Shown: positions 20,401 through 30,482, counted from the first letter of the stretch. The stretch: DNA of 64,000 nt from a bacterium (GCA_963675295.2 CAXXKJ010000002.1:4320001-4384000); one strand, 5' to 3'. Program-made: numbers and translations. Notes: a model not told the origin generated them from the letters alone.

Positions 20401-22659
20401 CTAGAAATCCTTGAACGGGTTCGGCCCGATCTCTTCGATTTCCTCGGCATAATCGTCGAGCATCTTCGTGATCTTGTCGTACTCGTCGATCGCGAGCGAC
20501 GTGACCTGCACACGTTCAGTTTCCAGCTGCATCTGCTGCAGTTTTTCCTGCACGTTGTCCATGCGGTATTCGGCCAGTTCCGAGCCGCGCACGAAGTGGC
20601 ACTGGTAATCATCGCCGTGCTTGCAGCCGATTAGCATGATGCCGTCGAAGCCGGCGTCCAGGCAGTTCGTCAGCCACACCGAGTTCACCGAACCGAGGCA
20701 GCGCACCGGAATGATGCGAACCCACGGGTTGAACTTCATGCGTTTCCGGGCCGCGGTTTCGAGGGCCGGCAACGCATCGTTTTCGCAAACGAATGCGACC
20801 AGGCGCGGTTTCTCCTCTTCTTCTTCCGGAACTTCGACGGCCTTGATCATCGCATTACCCATCGGCACGCTGTAGTTCTGGAAGTTGATGATGCGTTCCG
20901 GGCATGCGCCCATGCACGTACCGCAACGGCGGCAGCGTGCGAGGTTCGGCTTCGGTGTTCCCTTTTCGTCCTCGTCCAACGCACCGAACGGGCAGTCTTC
21001 CGTACAGCGTTTACACTGCGTGCAACGTTGCAGGAAGAAGTCCGGGAAGCTGAGGTCACGGCTGCGCGGATGCAGTGCCTGGCCCTTTTCGACCATCTCG
21101 AGTGCTTGCACGGCCTTCAGAGAGGCACCGTTCGCATCCATCCGTGCCTGCGCGGTGTCCATCGGCGCGCGCACGGTCCCGGCGGCGAAAATCGCCGTAC
21201 GCCGGGTTTCGTACGGGAAGCAGATGAAGTGACTGTCCGGGAAACCGTACTTCAGCGTCGGCAGGTCGGTACCCTGGCGGTAGCTCAGGTTCAGAATCTT
21301 CGCACCGGCTTCCGCTCCGGCGGCGGCTTTCTTGCCACCGAGCCCGTCATCTTCGTCCTCGACCGGTGAATCCGGCTTACCCTCTTCCATCAGATCCTCA
21401 GCGAAGATGCCGTCTTCGACGCGTGTCGTCGGGACCATACCGGTCGCGAGTACCAGCATGTCGGCTTCGACGCTGATCTTGTCTCCGAGCAGAGTTTCGT
21501 CGAGATCGATGGCCAGCTTGCCACCTTTTTCGTCGACGTTGACCACTTCGCCCTTGGTGAAGAAAAAGCCCGGATCGTCCTGAGCCTTCTGGTAGAAGAG
21601 CTCATACTGGGCCGGGGAACGGATATCCTTGTAAAGGATGTAGACCTTGGTGTCCGGATACATCTCGCGGATCTGCATCGCGTGCTTCAGGCTCGCGCGG
21701 CAGCAAACCGTCGAACAATACGGCAGGTGGTCCTTGTCACGCGACCCGGCGCACTGGATGAACGCGATCGAGTCCGGCGCGGAACCGTCCGCCTTGATCA
21801 CGGCGCCGTTGCTCAACATCTCTTCCATCTGGATGTTGGTGACAACGTTCTTCTTGCCATAGCCGAGATGCGGCAGGCGGGCGGGATTGTACGGCTTCCA
21901 CCCGGTCGCCTGGATCACCGATCCGACGATCAGGTCTTCCGGCGCGCCACCGTTCTGCAGGATCGTGGCAAACTGGCCCGGCTGGCCGGAAATCCGCTTG
22001 ACCTTCGTGTTCAACTTGACGTCGATCAGATCATGCGCGTTGACACGTTCGATCAGATCATTGATCGGGGAATCGGCGAGCTGATCGTACGGCGGGGCGG
22101 TCGGGAACGACTTGCTGAATTTCTTCGACCAGCCGCCGAGTGCCGCTTCCTTTTCCACCAGCGTCACTGGCACACCGGCATCCGCCGTGTTCAACGCGGA
22201 GCGCAGGCCGGCAACACCACCACCGACCACCAGCACCCGTTTTTCAACCGGTTCGAGGTTCGGTTCGGGGACGTGAATGTTCTTGCATCGCGCCGTGTAC
22301 ATGCGGAGATAGTCTTCCGCCAGCATCTGTGTGTCTTCATCGTTCGGCTCATGGGTCCAGACGACGAGTTCACGCAGCGCGACCTGGTCCACCAGCACAT
22401 TCGGGCCGAAATCAAACAGGCCGGGGAACGCGCGCGGGCTGCGGTCGAGCACAACGACGTGGCTCAAGCTGTTTTCTTCAACATCGGCACGGATCATATC
22501 CGCGCCTTCTGGTGTGGAGATGTTCGGCACGGCTTTGTACACCGCAGCCTTCATCTCCTTGGTCGCGACCTTCTCGAGGGCGTCCATGTCAAGCGCGGAC
22601 GTAATCTCCTCATCGGCCGCCACATACACACCAACCTTCAGTTCCGGGGTATCGGCCAT
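20401..22659 (-). CDS. qmoB: Quinone-interacting membrane-bound oxidoreductase subunit B (HdrA-like FAD/FeS + MvhD-like domain)
   Basis: VVGGGVAG, FIQCAGSRD..HLPYCS.VCC, DSHFICFPYETRRT, ferredoxin CTQCKRC...CP, C-terminal VRCLGS...GCKHGDDYQCHF. Confidence 0.93.
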   Translation of the reverse strand: MADTPELKVGVYVAADEEITSALDMDALEKVATKEMKAAVYKAVPNISTPEGADMIRADVEENSLSHVVVLDRSPRAFPGLFDFGPNVLVDQVALRELVVWTHEPNDEDTQMLAEDYLRMYTARCKNIHVPEPNLEPVEKRVLVVGGGVAGLRSALNTADAGVPVTLVEKEAALGGWSKKFSKSFPTAPPYDQLADSPINDLIERVNAHDLIDVKLNTKVKRISGQPGQFATILQNGGAPEDLIVGSVIQATGWKPYNPARLPHLGYGKKNVVTNIQMEEMLSNGAVIKADGSAPDSIAFIQCAGSRDKDHLPYCSTVCCRASLKHAMQIREMYPDTKVYILYKDIRSPAQYELFYQKAQDDPGFFFTKGEVVNVDEKGGKLAIDLDETLLGDKISVEADMLVLATGMVPTTRVEDGIFAEDLMEEGKPDSPVEDEDDGLGGKKAAAGAEAGAKILNLSYRQGTDLPTLKYGFPDSHFICFPYETRRTAIFAAGTVRAPMDTAQARMDANGASLKAVQALEMVEKGQALHPRSRDLSFPDFFLQRCTQCKRCTEDCPFGALDEDEKGTPKPNLARCRRCGTCMGACPERIINFQNYSVPMGNAMIKAVEVPEEEEEKPRLVAFVCENDALPALETAARKRMKFNPWVRIIPVRCLGSVNSVWLTNCLDAGFDGIMLIGCKHGDDYQCHFVRGSELAEYRMDNVQEKLQQMQLETERVQVTSLAIDEYDKITKMLDDYAEEIEEIGPNPFKDF

Positions 22660-22663
22660 GGGA

Positions 22664-23920
22664 TCAGGACCTCCTCGCCATCTGCAGCGCCTTCATCGCG
22701 GCGCCGGTCGCATCCTGCAACGTTTCCGCCACACCACACGGACGCACGGCCGTGCCGACGCCGTAGTGGGCGGACGCTTCGTCATCCTGGATGAAGAACC
22801 CATTCTCGTCCAGGTTCGCCTTGATCGGCAGCGGTTCGAGTGCAGCGGTCGGCTGCATGCCGGTGGCGAGCACGACGAGATCGACGGTCACATTTTCCGT
22901 GTCGCCGGTCAGGGTATTCTCCGCAGTGACCACCAGGCCGCCGCCGTTCTCCTCGACCTTCGCCACCTTGCCGCGATGCAAATTGATCTGCGGATCGTCC
23001 TGCCGAGCCTGGTAGAAATCTTCCAGACGGCCGGGAGTGCGCACGTCGATGTAGAACATGTGGATTTCAGCATCCGGCAGCTTGTCGCGCACATACGTCG
23101 CCTGCTTCAGGCTCGCCGCGCAGCAGATGCCGGAACAGAACGGAAGGTGGTTTTCGTCACGGCTGCCCGCGCACTGCACGAACGCGACTTTCTTCACCTC
23201 ACGGCCGGACGGGGCCTTCAGCTCGCCCTTCGTCGGACCGTTCGGCGCGCTCAAGCGCTCGAACATCACGTTGGTCAACACATCCGGCGATGTGCCGAAT
23301 CCGAGCAGGTCGAGGTTGGTCGGATCGTACGGCGTCCAACCGGTCGCCCACGCCATCGACTTGCCGGTGATCGTGATCGTCTCTTCCTTCTGGGTCAGAT
23401 CAATCCCGCCAGCCGGATCACCCTTCGCCCACTCTTCGAACTCGGCGTTTCCAATCGCGCGTTCGTCGACCATCCACTGTGCCGGGTAGGCGTTTTCCCA
23501 CGGGTAGAACAGCGCCTTGCGCTTCGCCATCCCGTAGTTGTATGGATCGTCAAAGTCGACCGGGCAGGATTCCGCCCACTCGGTATAGTCGAACGCCACC
23601 GGTTTCGTGTAGCGTGGGGTCAGCTTGATCGTCGCTTGAATGCTCGGTGCATCTCCCTCAACCTTTTCGATGTTGGCGAGGGTGAAGACGGTGACATTCG
23701 GGTTTCCACGGATCCTGCGGTAGTTGATCTCGAGGCCGCAGCTCGGTGGGCACAGCTTCGGGAAGTAGTGGTGGAAACGGGCAACGCGTCCTCCCAACGT
23801 CGGTTCCTTCTCGACGAGGGCGACTGTCAGCCCGGCTTCCGCCGCTTCGATGGCTGTGGTGATCCCGGCGACACCGCCACCGACCACGATGAGGTCAAAG
23901 GCGGTTTTGTCCTGGCTCAT
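22664..23920 (-). CDS. qmoA: Quinone-interacting membrane-bound oxidoreductase subunit A
   Basis: VVGGGVAG, YFPKLCPPSCGLEIN, FVQCAGSRDENHLPFCS..CC; start MSQDKTA after a ggagg RBS. Confidence 0.93.
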   Translation of the reverse strand: MSQDKTAFDLIVVGGGVAGITTAIEAAEAGLTVALVEKEPTLGGRVARFHHYFPKLCPPSCGLEINYRRIRGNPNVTVFTLANIEKVEGDAPSIQATIKLTPRYTKPVAFDYTEWAESCPVDFDDPYNYGMAKRKALFYPWENAYPAQWMVDERAIGNAEFEEWAKGDPAGGIDLTQKEETITITGKSMAWATGWTPYDPTNLDLLGFGTSPDVLTNVMFERLSAPNGPTKGELKAPSGREVKKVAFVQCAGSRDENHLPFCSGICCAASLKQATYVRDKLPDAEIHMFYIDVRTPGRLEDFYQARQDDPQINLHRGKVAKVEENGGGLVVTAENTLTGDTENVTVDLVVLATGMQPTAALEPLPIKANLDENGFFIQDDEASAHYGVGTAVRPCGVAETLQDATGAAMKALQMARRS

Positions 23921-23951
23921 GTGCCATTCCTCCGGAAAGATGATGCCTTTA

Positions 23952-23969
23952 TCGTGAATCCTTTCACAC
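23952..23969. promoter_or_regulatory. Rex-like operator upstream of qmoA
   Basis: TcGTGAA-tcct-TTCACAc about 30 bp upstream of the ATG. Confidence 0.65.
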
Positions 23970-24483
23970 AATCCTTTGAAAAGAAAGGCTGTAAGGGTGC
24001 AAGCAGCCCTCAAAGCCAGCACACCGGCACACCATCAGGTGGCCGGCCGGCCGTTCGGATTGCGAACGTCTTTTCAATCGATCCCTGAACTATTTCAACG
24101 GTTCCGCGCCAGAAACCAGACTTCTCAGTAAAGATTCCGCGATTTCAAGGGGCGCGGACAGAGTGGGGACCACGTCGCATGGAAGGTAGACTCGAGCTCA
24201 CGGGTTAGTCAAACGGTTAAGGGGGACTAACACGGTGCAATTTCTTGATTTGCCTCGACGAGGCCACATGCAGCCTTGAGAATCTCTTGTTCCATCTTTT
24301 CACAAAGCCAAATTTGCCGAATCCTGCGGCGACTGTCAATTTGCCGCAGGCCTCTGGAGACGTCAAGCATGCAAGAAAAACAGGAATTGAATCAAAGTTG
24401 TTGCCTGAATCCATTCACGGTTCTACATACTGTCATACATGGCAAGATGTATCATGGTTACCATTGCACTGGGGGGAGTTATT

Positions 24484-25893
24484 ATGCGTCATCTCTTGTT
24501 ATCTACTGTCTTGTTCCTCATCTCCATCACCACCTTCGCTCAAGTTGAGTACGTTGAGATCACCATTTCCACCAACGCCGACGGTGTCCAGAACTTCACA
24601 ACCGGTGACATGGATGGCGATGGCGATCTCGATGTCGTCGCCGCAATCCGCATCGGCAACGCCATTCACTGGTACGAAAATACAGGGAACCTGCTGTCCT
24701 GGCCAACACACATCGTCGACACGCAATATGACGTAGCGGAGGTCGAAACGGTCGACATGGACGCGGACGGCGACCTTGACATTGTCTCCGCCGGAAACGG
24801 TTCGGAAAGCGTGTTCTGGTGGGAGAATGACGGCGGCGATACCTGGACTCAGCACGTCATTGCAGCTGACCTCGGTTTTCCGTTCGCCATCGAAGTTGTA
24901 GACGCTGACGGCGACGGCGATCAGGACGTCTACGTCGCCAGTGACGGCATCAACCGCCTGTCCTTCTGCGAGAACCTAGGCACATCCTGGAGCACGGTGT
25001 TCATTTACGACGGCTTCATCGAACGGGTGAACGGCATCAGCGCCGCCGACCTCGACAATGACGGCGATATCGACCTGGCATCCGCTCTGGAGTACGACGA
25101 GGAGTTTGTCTGGTGGGAGAAGCAGGATTCCACGTGGCTCGTCCACCAGCTGCACACCAACCTGCCTGGCCCGACCGAAGTGCACTGCGCGGACATGAAT
25201 GGTGACGGCGACCCGGATGTTCTCGGCCTGGTGTTCGGCAGCGGCGACCTGTATTATCATGAGAACGACGGAACCGGCGATTTCGATTCGGATTGGCTCG
25301 GCACTGGCTGGATTCCGAGTTCCGTCAACGCGGCGGACCTGGATGAGGACGGCGACCTTGATGTCCTCGCCACGTACAGCGGCGACGGTGACGTGTTGTG
25401 GTACGAGAACACCGGCACCGACTGGGTTCTGCACTACATTTCACCGCAATTGCAGAATGCGTACTGCCCGGTGGTCGTTGACCTGGACCAGGACGGTCAC
25501 CTCGATGTCCTCGCCGCCTCGCCAATTCATAACGAAATCCGTTACTTCCGTCAGGCCGCCGACCCGCAGTTTTCGGTTCAGCTTAACCCGACAACCCTCA
25601 CCTTGCCCCCCGGGGGTGGCAGGTTGATCTTTGACGCGATTTTCGGCAACAACACGGCTTCACCGCAAAACCTGCAGGCGTGGGCGGTCTTCATCCAGCT
25701 CGGAACCGGCGGCGCCCCGGCGCAGACACGAAACATCACCCTCGAGCCCGGTACGACGACGTACGAGGATGTCGCGCTGCAGGTCGGCCAGACGCAGCAC
25801 GATGGCGGGCTGGACGTGTTCGTTAACCTCGGCCAGCGTAGTCCGCGTGTGGTCGTCGCGGCGGACAGCTTCCGCGTCGAGCGAAGTCAGTAG
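24484..25893 (+). CDS. FG-GAP/VCBS-repeat beta-propeller protein with C-terminal Ig-like module, no CTD
   Basis: Signal peptide; seven D.D.DGD.D repeats with W(Y/W)EN; LPPGGGRLIFDA module. Confidence 0.88.
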   Translation: MRHLLLSTVLFLISITTFAQVEYVEITISTNADGVQNFTTGDMDGDGDLDVVAAIRIGNAIHWYENTGNLLSWPTHIVDTQYDVAEVETVDMDADGDLDIVSAGNGSESVFWWENDGGDTWTQHVIAADLGFPFAIEVVDADGDGDQDVYVASDGINRLSFCENLGTSWSTVFIYDGFIERVNGISAADLDNDGDIDLASALEYDEEFVWWEKQDSTWLVHQLHTNLPGPTEVHCADMNGDGDPDVLGLVFGSGDLYYHENDGTGDFDSDWLGTGWIPSSVNAADLDEDGDLDVLATYSGDGDVLWYENTGTDWVLHYISPQLQNAYCPVVVDLDQDGHLDVLAASPIHNEIRYFRQAADPQFSVQLNPTTLTLPPGGGRLIFDAIFGNNTASPQNLQAWAVFIQLGTGGAPAQTRNITLEPGTTTYEDVALQVGQTQHDGGLDVFVNLGQRSPRVVVAADSFRVERSQ

Positions 25894-26013
25894 TTGTCAG
25901 TTGTCTGTGGTTCGTGATCCGCGGTCTGTGGTCTGTAGACTGTTGACTGTAGACTGCGGACTGGGGACTCAGGACTCAGGACTCAGGACTCAGGACTCAG
26001 GACTCAGGACTCA
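25894..26013. repeat. Heptamer tract ending in (GGACTCA)7
   Basis: Seven perfect copies at 25965-26013, preceded by degenerate gtctgtg/gactgta units. Confidence 0.9.
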
Positions 26014-26020
26014 GGAAAAT

Positions 26021-26166
26021 GTGCCCCTGATGGCTCCGCCAGCAGCGATCATCCGCACCATATACCCCTGTCCCCCGATACGCGTGTAAGCCCTCGGGCT
26101 TCAGACCGGGATTGCCAACCGGTCAAGCACCCACCGCCCCCACGCCCTCGGGCTTCAGTCCGGGAT
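26021..26166. repeat. REP-like hairpin cluster
   Basis: gtgcccctgatggctccgccagcag (also at 29671, 53053, 53214) and two gccctcgggcttcag.ccggg units. Confidence 0.75.
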
Positions 26167-26267
26167 ACGGTTCCCACAGACCCCATCCGAGAGACAATCC
26201 CCCTGGAAGCGAGGGACGAGTGGCGAGCTAACGAGAGACGAGGGACCAGAGACGAGCGACTGCCGTC

Positions 26268-26942
26268 CTACCGCCCCACCAGCAGCCGTTCGGCCAGGAA
26301 CGGTGGCAGGCCTTCGATGATGATCGCATCTTTCGCGGCGTGGACGTCGTACTCGACGCGCATCAGCTTGCGTTCGCCGGACTCGCTGTCGAACAGTGTC
26401 CATGCGGCGCGTGGGTCGCCGTCGCGCGGTTGCCCGGCGGAGCCGACGTTGATGATGCGGCCGTTGCGGGTCATGTAGTCGAAGGGGACGTGCGTATGCC
26501 CGACGAAGACGGTGCCGGCCAGGGCGGCCTGCATCGCCATCTGGGCGTCATCCTTGGAGAAGATGTAGTACCAGCGGGCGGGTTCGACGGGGCTGGCGTG
26601 GACAAACTGCACCTCACCGTCCACTTTCACCAGCGGTTGCGACTGCAGCCACTTGATGTTATCGGTGGTCAGTTGGTCACGGGTCCACATCACGGCGCGG
26701 TGCGCGAACTCGTTGAAGAAGGAAACGTCGGTCAGGCCGACCGCGGCGTGGTCATGGTTGCCGGCGATGACGATATCGCAGGCTTCACGGACCTTGTCGA
26801 CCACCGGATTCGGGAACGCGCCATAGCCGACGAGATCCCCGAGACAGACGACTTTGTCCGGGTTGTGGCTGGCGATGTCGTCGAGCACACGATTCAGCGC
26901 GTGCAGGTTGGCGTGTACATCGGAGAAGATCGCGTACTTCAC
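26268..26942 (-). CDS. Metallophosphoesterase family protein
   Basis: SDVHAN, LGDLVGYG, AGNHD, VHASP, GHTHVP, NVGSAGQPRDGDPRA. Confidence 0.92.
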   Translation of the reverse strand: MKYAIFSDVHANLHALNRVLDDIASHNPDKVVCLGDLVGYGAFPNPVVDKVREACDIVIAGNHDHAAVGLTDVSFFNEFAHRAVMWTRDQLTTDNIKWLQSQPLVKVDGEVQFVHASPVEPARWYYIFSKDDAQMAMQAALAGTVFVGHTHVPFDYMTRNGRIINVGSAGQPRDGDPRAAWTLFDSESGERKLMRVEYDVHAAKDAIIIEGLPPFLAERLLVGR

Positions 26943-27508
26943 CGTTTTCCACCCCCCCTGTTGTTTCCGTTCTGCTTTTTCGCTGCCGGGCCGGGACCAT
27001 TCGGCTTCTTGTGCGGCGCATTGTGCTTCGGCTTGTGTGGGGCGGCTTTCGCGGCCTCACTTTTCTTCTTGCCGAGGATCTCCTGCTCATGCTCGAGGTA
27101 GATCGCGTCGAGCAGGCCGTTGATGAACCGTCCCGACTGATCGGTGCTGAAATCCTTGCCGAGTTCGATCGCTTCATTGATCGTCACTTTCGGCGGGATG
27201 TCGGGCATGTGGTACAGTTCGCACAGCGCCATGCGCAGGATGATATGGTCGATCAGAGCGATGCGGTCGATGTTCCAGCGTTCGGATTTCGAACCGATCA
27301 GCTCGTCCATGCGATTACGGTAACGATGGGTGGTGTGTACAAGGGTCCGCACGAATTCCCGGTGACGCTCTTCTCCGTTTTCCATCATCCGGAGAGCGTC
27401 CTCGGGGTCCTGCTGCGTGAGCTCGACGGCGTAGAGCACCTGCAGCGCGACCATGCGCGCGTCCTTGCGTGTTTTCGGACCGGGGATGTCCATCAGGCGT
27501 CTCGACAA
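26939..27508 (-). CDS. nusB: Transcription antitermination factor NusB
   Basis: R..ARMVALQVLY, W.IDRIALID..ILR, VTINEAIELGK.F, FINGLLD; start could be ATG 27493. Confidence 0.93.
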   Translation of the reverse strand: MSRRLMDIPGPKTRKDARMVALQVLYAVELTQQDPEDALRMMENGEERHREFVRTLVHTTHRYRNRMDELIGSKSERWNIDRIALIDHIILRMALCELYHMPDIPPKVTINEAIELGKDFSTDQSGRFINGLLDAIYLEHEQEILGKKKSEAAKAAPHKPKHNAPHKKPNGPGPAAKKQNGNNRGGGKR

Positions 27509-27840
27509 AGCGGTTCAGTGGCGGCACGTTCGATAGCCTGTGTGTGAAAGAACGAGCCATTCATGAACCTAAGATAGAAAAAAAGGAGGGGGTTGTCACC
27601 GGGAGCCGGGTATTCGTGCAAAAATTGGGTGAATGGTAATCCACCTGCGCCGTCTTGGTGTCATCAAGCGAACTCGACCATGCACCCCACGCTCCGCTAC
27701 CTTACTGAGTAGATGCTCTCGGGCTTCAGCCCGGGCTGGTCCACCCTCGACCCATTCTGAGATAGGTCCGCCCCACACGTTGCTTTCCACCGTGCTGGAT
27801 TGACAGATTATATCAACACTCGAAACCCGAGACCGGACGA

Positions 27841-29610
27841 ATGAAACGCATGGGCCCATCGTTCAACTTCCACCGGCCAAAGCTGCTCGCGGTCAAGCTC
27901 ATACTGTTTGTAATGCTGCTGCTATCATCCTCCGCCCTCGCCCAATGGTCTTCTGAGGGTGTTCTGCTGGTAGATCGAGGTCCGTTGTCAGGGGACATGT
28001 GTCCGGACGGTCAAGGTGGACTGTGGTATGCTCAGCTTGCTACGGATCCTGTTGTTCAGCAGGTTGTTGTCCAGCATCTCGACAGCGAGGGATACCGGTC
28101 CTTTGATTTGCAGGGGATTCCCGTGGCGCGGGATTCGACGCACTACCTGTGTGGAATTCAGCCTGGTCCGGATGGTGATTGCATTGTCATGTACTCGCGT
28201 GGCTACCTTGACAACCAGGAAGTGATCTGGGACATCTATGCGCAACGGATCACCCAGCAGGGCGAACTCTTGTGGGGTGAGTTGGGCCTGGATATCAGCA
28301 CTCATAGCCACACCTACAAAATGCCGATGAGCTTCCTCGGCCATTGGACACTTTCCGATGGCGCTGGTGGATTGTGGGGAATCTGGAGATTGGGTATTGG
28401 TAACTATGACGCCTTCGTGTGTGGTGTCAACGCCGATGGCACACTGAAGTGTCCGGACGGCGATCTCCATGTTGGATTCGCTACCAACAATCAACTACCC
28501 TGTGAGTTTGTTGACGATGGCGCGGGGGGCATGGTCGTCCTTTACGGTACAGATGCTGACGGCTACTGGGGAGTTCGGCACATTTATGCCCAGCGAATCC
28601 TTGCTGATGGATCCACGTTGTATGATGACGCGTTGCTGGTAATGGACAAACCTCTGGGTAATGCTGATGTCTATGGCAATTGGCACGACATCTATCTTCG
28701 CCGTGATCCCCAAGGTGGGTATGTGATCACCACACCGATCTATTGGCAGCGGCTTTCTGATGATCTCGTTCCGCAATGGGCGATCGAAGGTGTTGAGGTA
28801 TATAATACCTGGGAGCCAACCTGGCACTATCGTGGTGATCAATCCAGCCCAGTAATCCTTGCGGATCGCACTGTACAACAACTCTGCCTTGACAGCCGTC
28901 ATGCGCGTCCACGCTTTGAACAACTGCTGCTTGATGGCACACGCCGTCACGGGACAGACTGGGGGCCTGCCGCAGGTGACAGTACCGTCGAACAATACTC
29001 ACCGGGACCGGATTTGCTCTCTCCTGATGGTGAATCGGTCATTTGCTATTACAAAGGCGCTATTGGTTTCGAGGATTATCAAGAATTCCTGGTTCAACGG
29101 ATCACACCGGATGGTGATAATATCTGGCCCCAAATCACAGTTCTTGGTGTTGATAGTTTTTCTTACGGAGTTAAGGAGTATGCTGGTTTCTATCTCGATG
29201 ATGAAAGTGTTGCATATGTAGCTGGTAGTGTTGATCCCTATCGTAATTTCGCGTTCAAAGTCTATATTGACGATGGTTCCGTAGCTGGTGATAATGATGT
29301 AGCATCTTCGCCAGCAACCGCCATTCTCCCTTCAGATTCACCTGTCCTGATTACGAATACCTACCCGAATCCGTTCAACAGCAGCATCGCTCTGACGATC
29401 TCGGTTCGCGATCCAGGTGTTTACGACCTCATCGTCCGCAATGTATTGGGACAGACACTCCACCGGGAAGCTATGGACATCCACGCGCCCGGCGAATTTG
29501 TTCAGACCCTGACCATGCCGGAGGGTAGCGCGTCGGGGATTTACTTCCTCACGTTGCAGCACGCGGATGGTCACAACCTGAGCCAGAAGAAGGTCGTGTA
29601 TTTGCGGTGA
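27841..29610 (+). CDS. Secreted repeat protein (DG.GG repeats, probable beta-propeller) with T9SS-like CTD
   Basis: Repeats PDGQGG/SDGAGG/DDGAGG and IYAQRI; C-terminal YPNPFNSS...SGIYFL...KKVVYLR. Confidence 0.82.
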   Translation: MKRMGPSFNFHRPKLLAVKLILFVMLLLSSSALAQWSSEGVLLVDRGPLSGDMCPDGQGGLWYAQLATDPVVQQVVVQHLDSEGYRSFDLQGIPVARDSTHYLCGIQPGPDGDCIVMYSRGYLDNQEVIWDIYAQRITQQGELLWGELGLDISTHSHTYKMPMSFLGHWTLSDGAGGLWGIWRLGIGNYDAFVCGVNADGTLKCPDGDLHVGFATNNQLPCEFVDDGAGGMVVLYGTDADGYWGVRHIYAQRILADGSTLYDDALLVMDKPLGNADVYGNWHDIYLRRDPQGGYVITTPIYWQRLSDDLVPQWAIEGVEVYNTWEPTWHYRGDQSSPVILADRTVQQLCLDSRHARPRFEQLLLDGTRRHGTDWGPAAGDSTVEQYSPGPDLLSPDGESVICYYKGAIGFEDYQEFLVQRITPDGDNIWPQITVLGVDSFSYGVKEYAGFYLDDESVAYVAGSVDPYRNFAFKVYIDDGSVAGDNDVASSPATAILPSDSPVLITNTYPNPFNSSIALTISVRDPGVYDLIVRNVLGQTLHREAMDIHAPGEFVQTLTMPEGSASGIYFLTLQHADGHNLSQKKVVYLR

Positions 29611-29631
29611 TGTGGATGGGTTAAGTCATCA

Positions 29632-29700
29632 TGTGCCCCAGACATTCATGTCTGGGATAATCCGCGCCATGTGCCCCTGATGGCTCCGCCAGCAGGGATC
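29632..29700. repeat. REP-like hairpin pair
   Basis: gtgccccagacattcatgtctggga followed by gtgcccctgatggctccgccagcagggat. Confidence 0.7.
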
Positions 29701-29873
29701 ACAGTTCGACAAATCGGTTGGTAAAATCCGCACGTGGTCGGTGTGCTATGGTTGGTGTGAGTTTGGTTGTCTGATTTAGCTCACAGCTCACCGCTGCTTT
29801 CCGCAACCTGTAGCCCGCCTACCGCCGACCGCAGTCCGCAGCCCTGTGTTCCTCATACCTCACACCTTCCCCA

Positions 29874-30482
29874 TCACGTCCCAAAATACCGGTCGCCGTA
29901 GTCACCCAGTCCGGGCACGATGTACTTCTTGTCGTTGAGCATCGGATCGATCGCGGCGATGGTGATGTGATCTTCGGGGATGTGTTCGGCGAGCCGGTTG
30001 AACCCCTGCTGTGCGGCGACGACCCCGGCGAAATAGATCTGCTCGGCGTCGTAGCCTTCGTCCTTAAGGATGTTCACCGCCATCACGGCCGACCCGGCGG
30101 TCGCGAGCATCGGATCGAGGATGATGACGTGCTTCGGTAACGGGTGCGGCAGCTTCTTGTAATACAACTTCGGCTGCGCGGTTTCTTCGTTGCGCTGGAT
30201 CAGCACCGACCCCACGGCCGCATTCGGCACCACCCCGAGGAACGCCTGCACCAGGGACTGCCCGGCACGGTAGATCGGCAGCACCATCAGGTCGGTGTCG
30301 AGTCGTTCCCCGGTGGCTTTCCCGACCGGCGTTTCGATCTCGATCTCACGGTGCGGCAGCTTGCCGGTCGCCTCGATGCACAGCAGCCGTGCGAGGTTGT
30401 CCGACGCCCAGCGGAACCGGACCGCGTCCGTGTTCTTGTCACGCAGATAGCTGAGAAACCGTTCGGTGGAATGGGAATTCAT
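29874..30482 (-). CDS. upp: Uracil phosphoribosyltransferase
   Basis: PIYRAG, IQRNEETAQP..YY.KLP, ILDPMLATAGS, YIVPGLGDYGDRYFGT. Confidence 0.95.
   Translation of the reverse strand: MNSHSTERFLSYLRDKNTDAVRFRWASDNLARLLCIEATGKLPHREIEIETPVGKATGERLDTDLMVLPIYRAGQSLVQAFLGVVPNAAVGSVLIQRNEETAQPKLYYKKLPHPLPKHVIILDPMLATAGSAVMAVNILKDEGYDAEQIYFAGVVAAQQGFNRLAEHIPEDHITIAAIDPMLNDKKYIVPGLGDYGDRYFGT

Noticed and set aside
7028-24088. Long antisense ORFs (7028-8860, 16409-18622, 18830-20146, 22331-24088; also 4867-6282 and 45067-46716)
   Set aside because: Shadow frames opposite well-supported GC-rich genes, with no recognisable motifs
20240-24240. Riboswitch or ncRNA in sulfur-locus spacers (hairpins at ~20270-20290 and ~24180-24235)
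   Set aside because: Only generic hairpins; no conserved riboswitch or tRNA signature recognisable by eye, an Rfam scan would be needed
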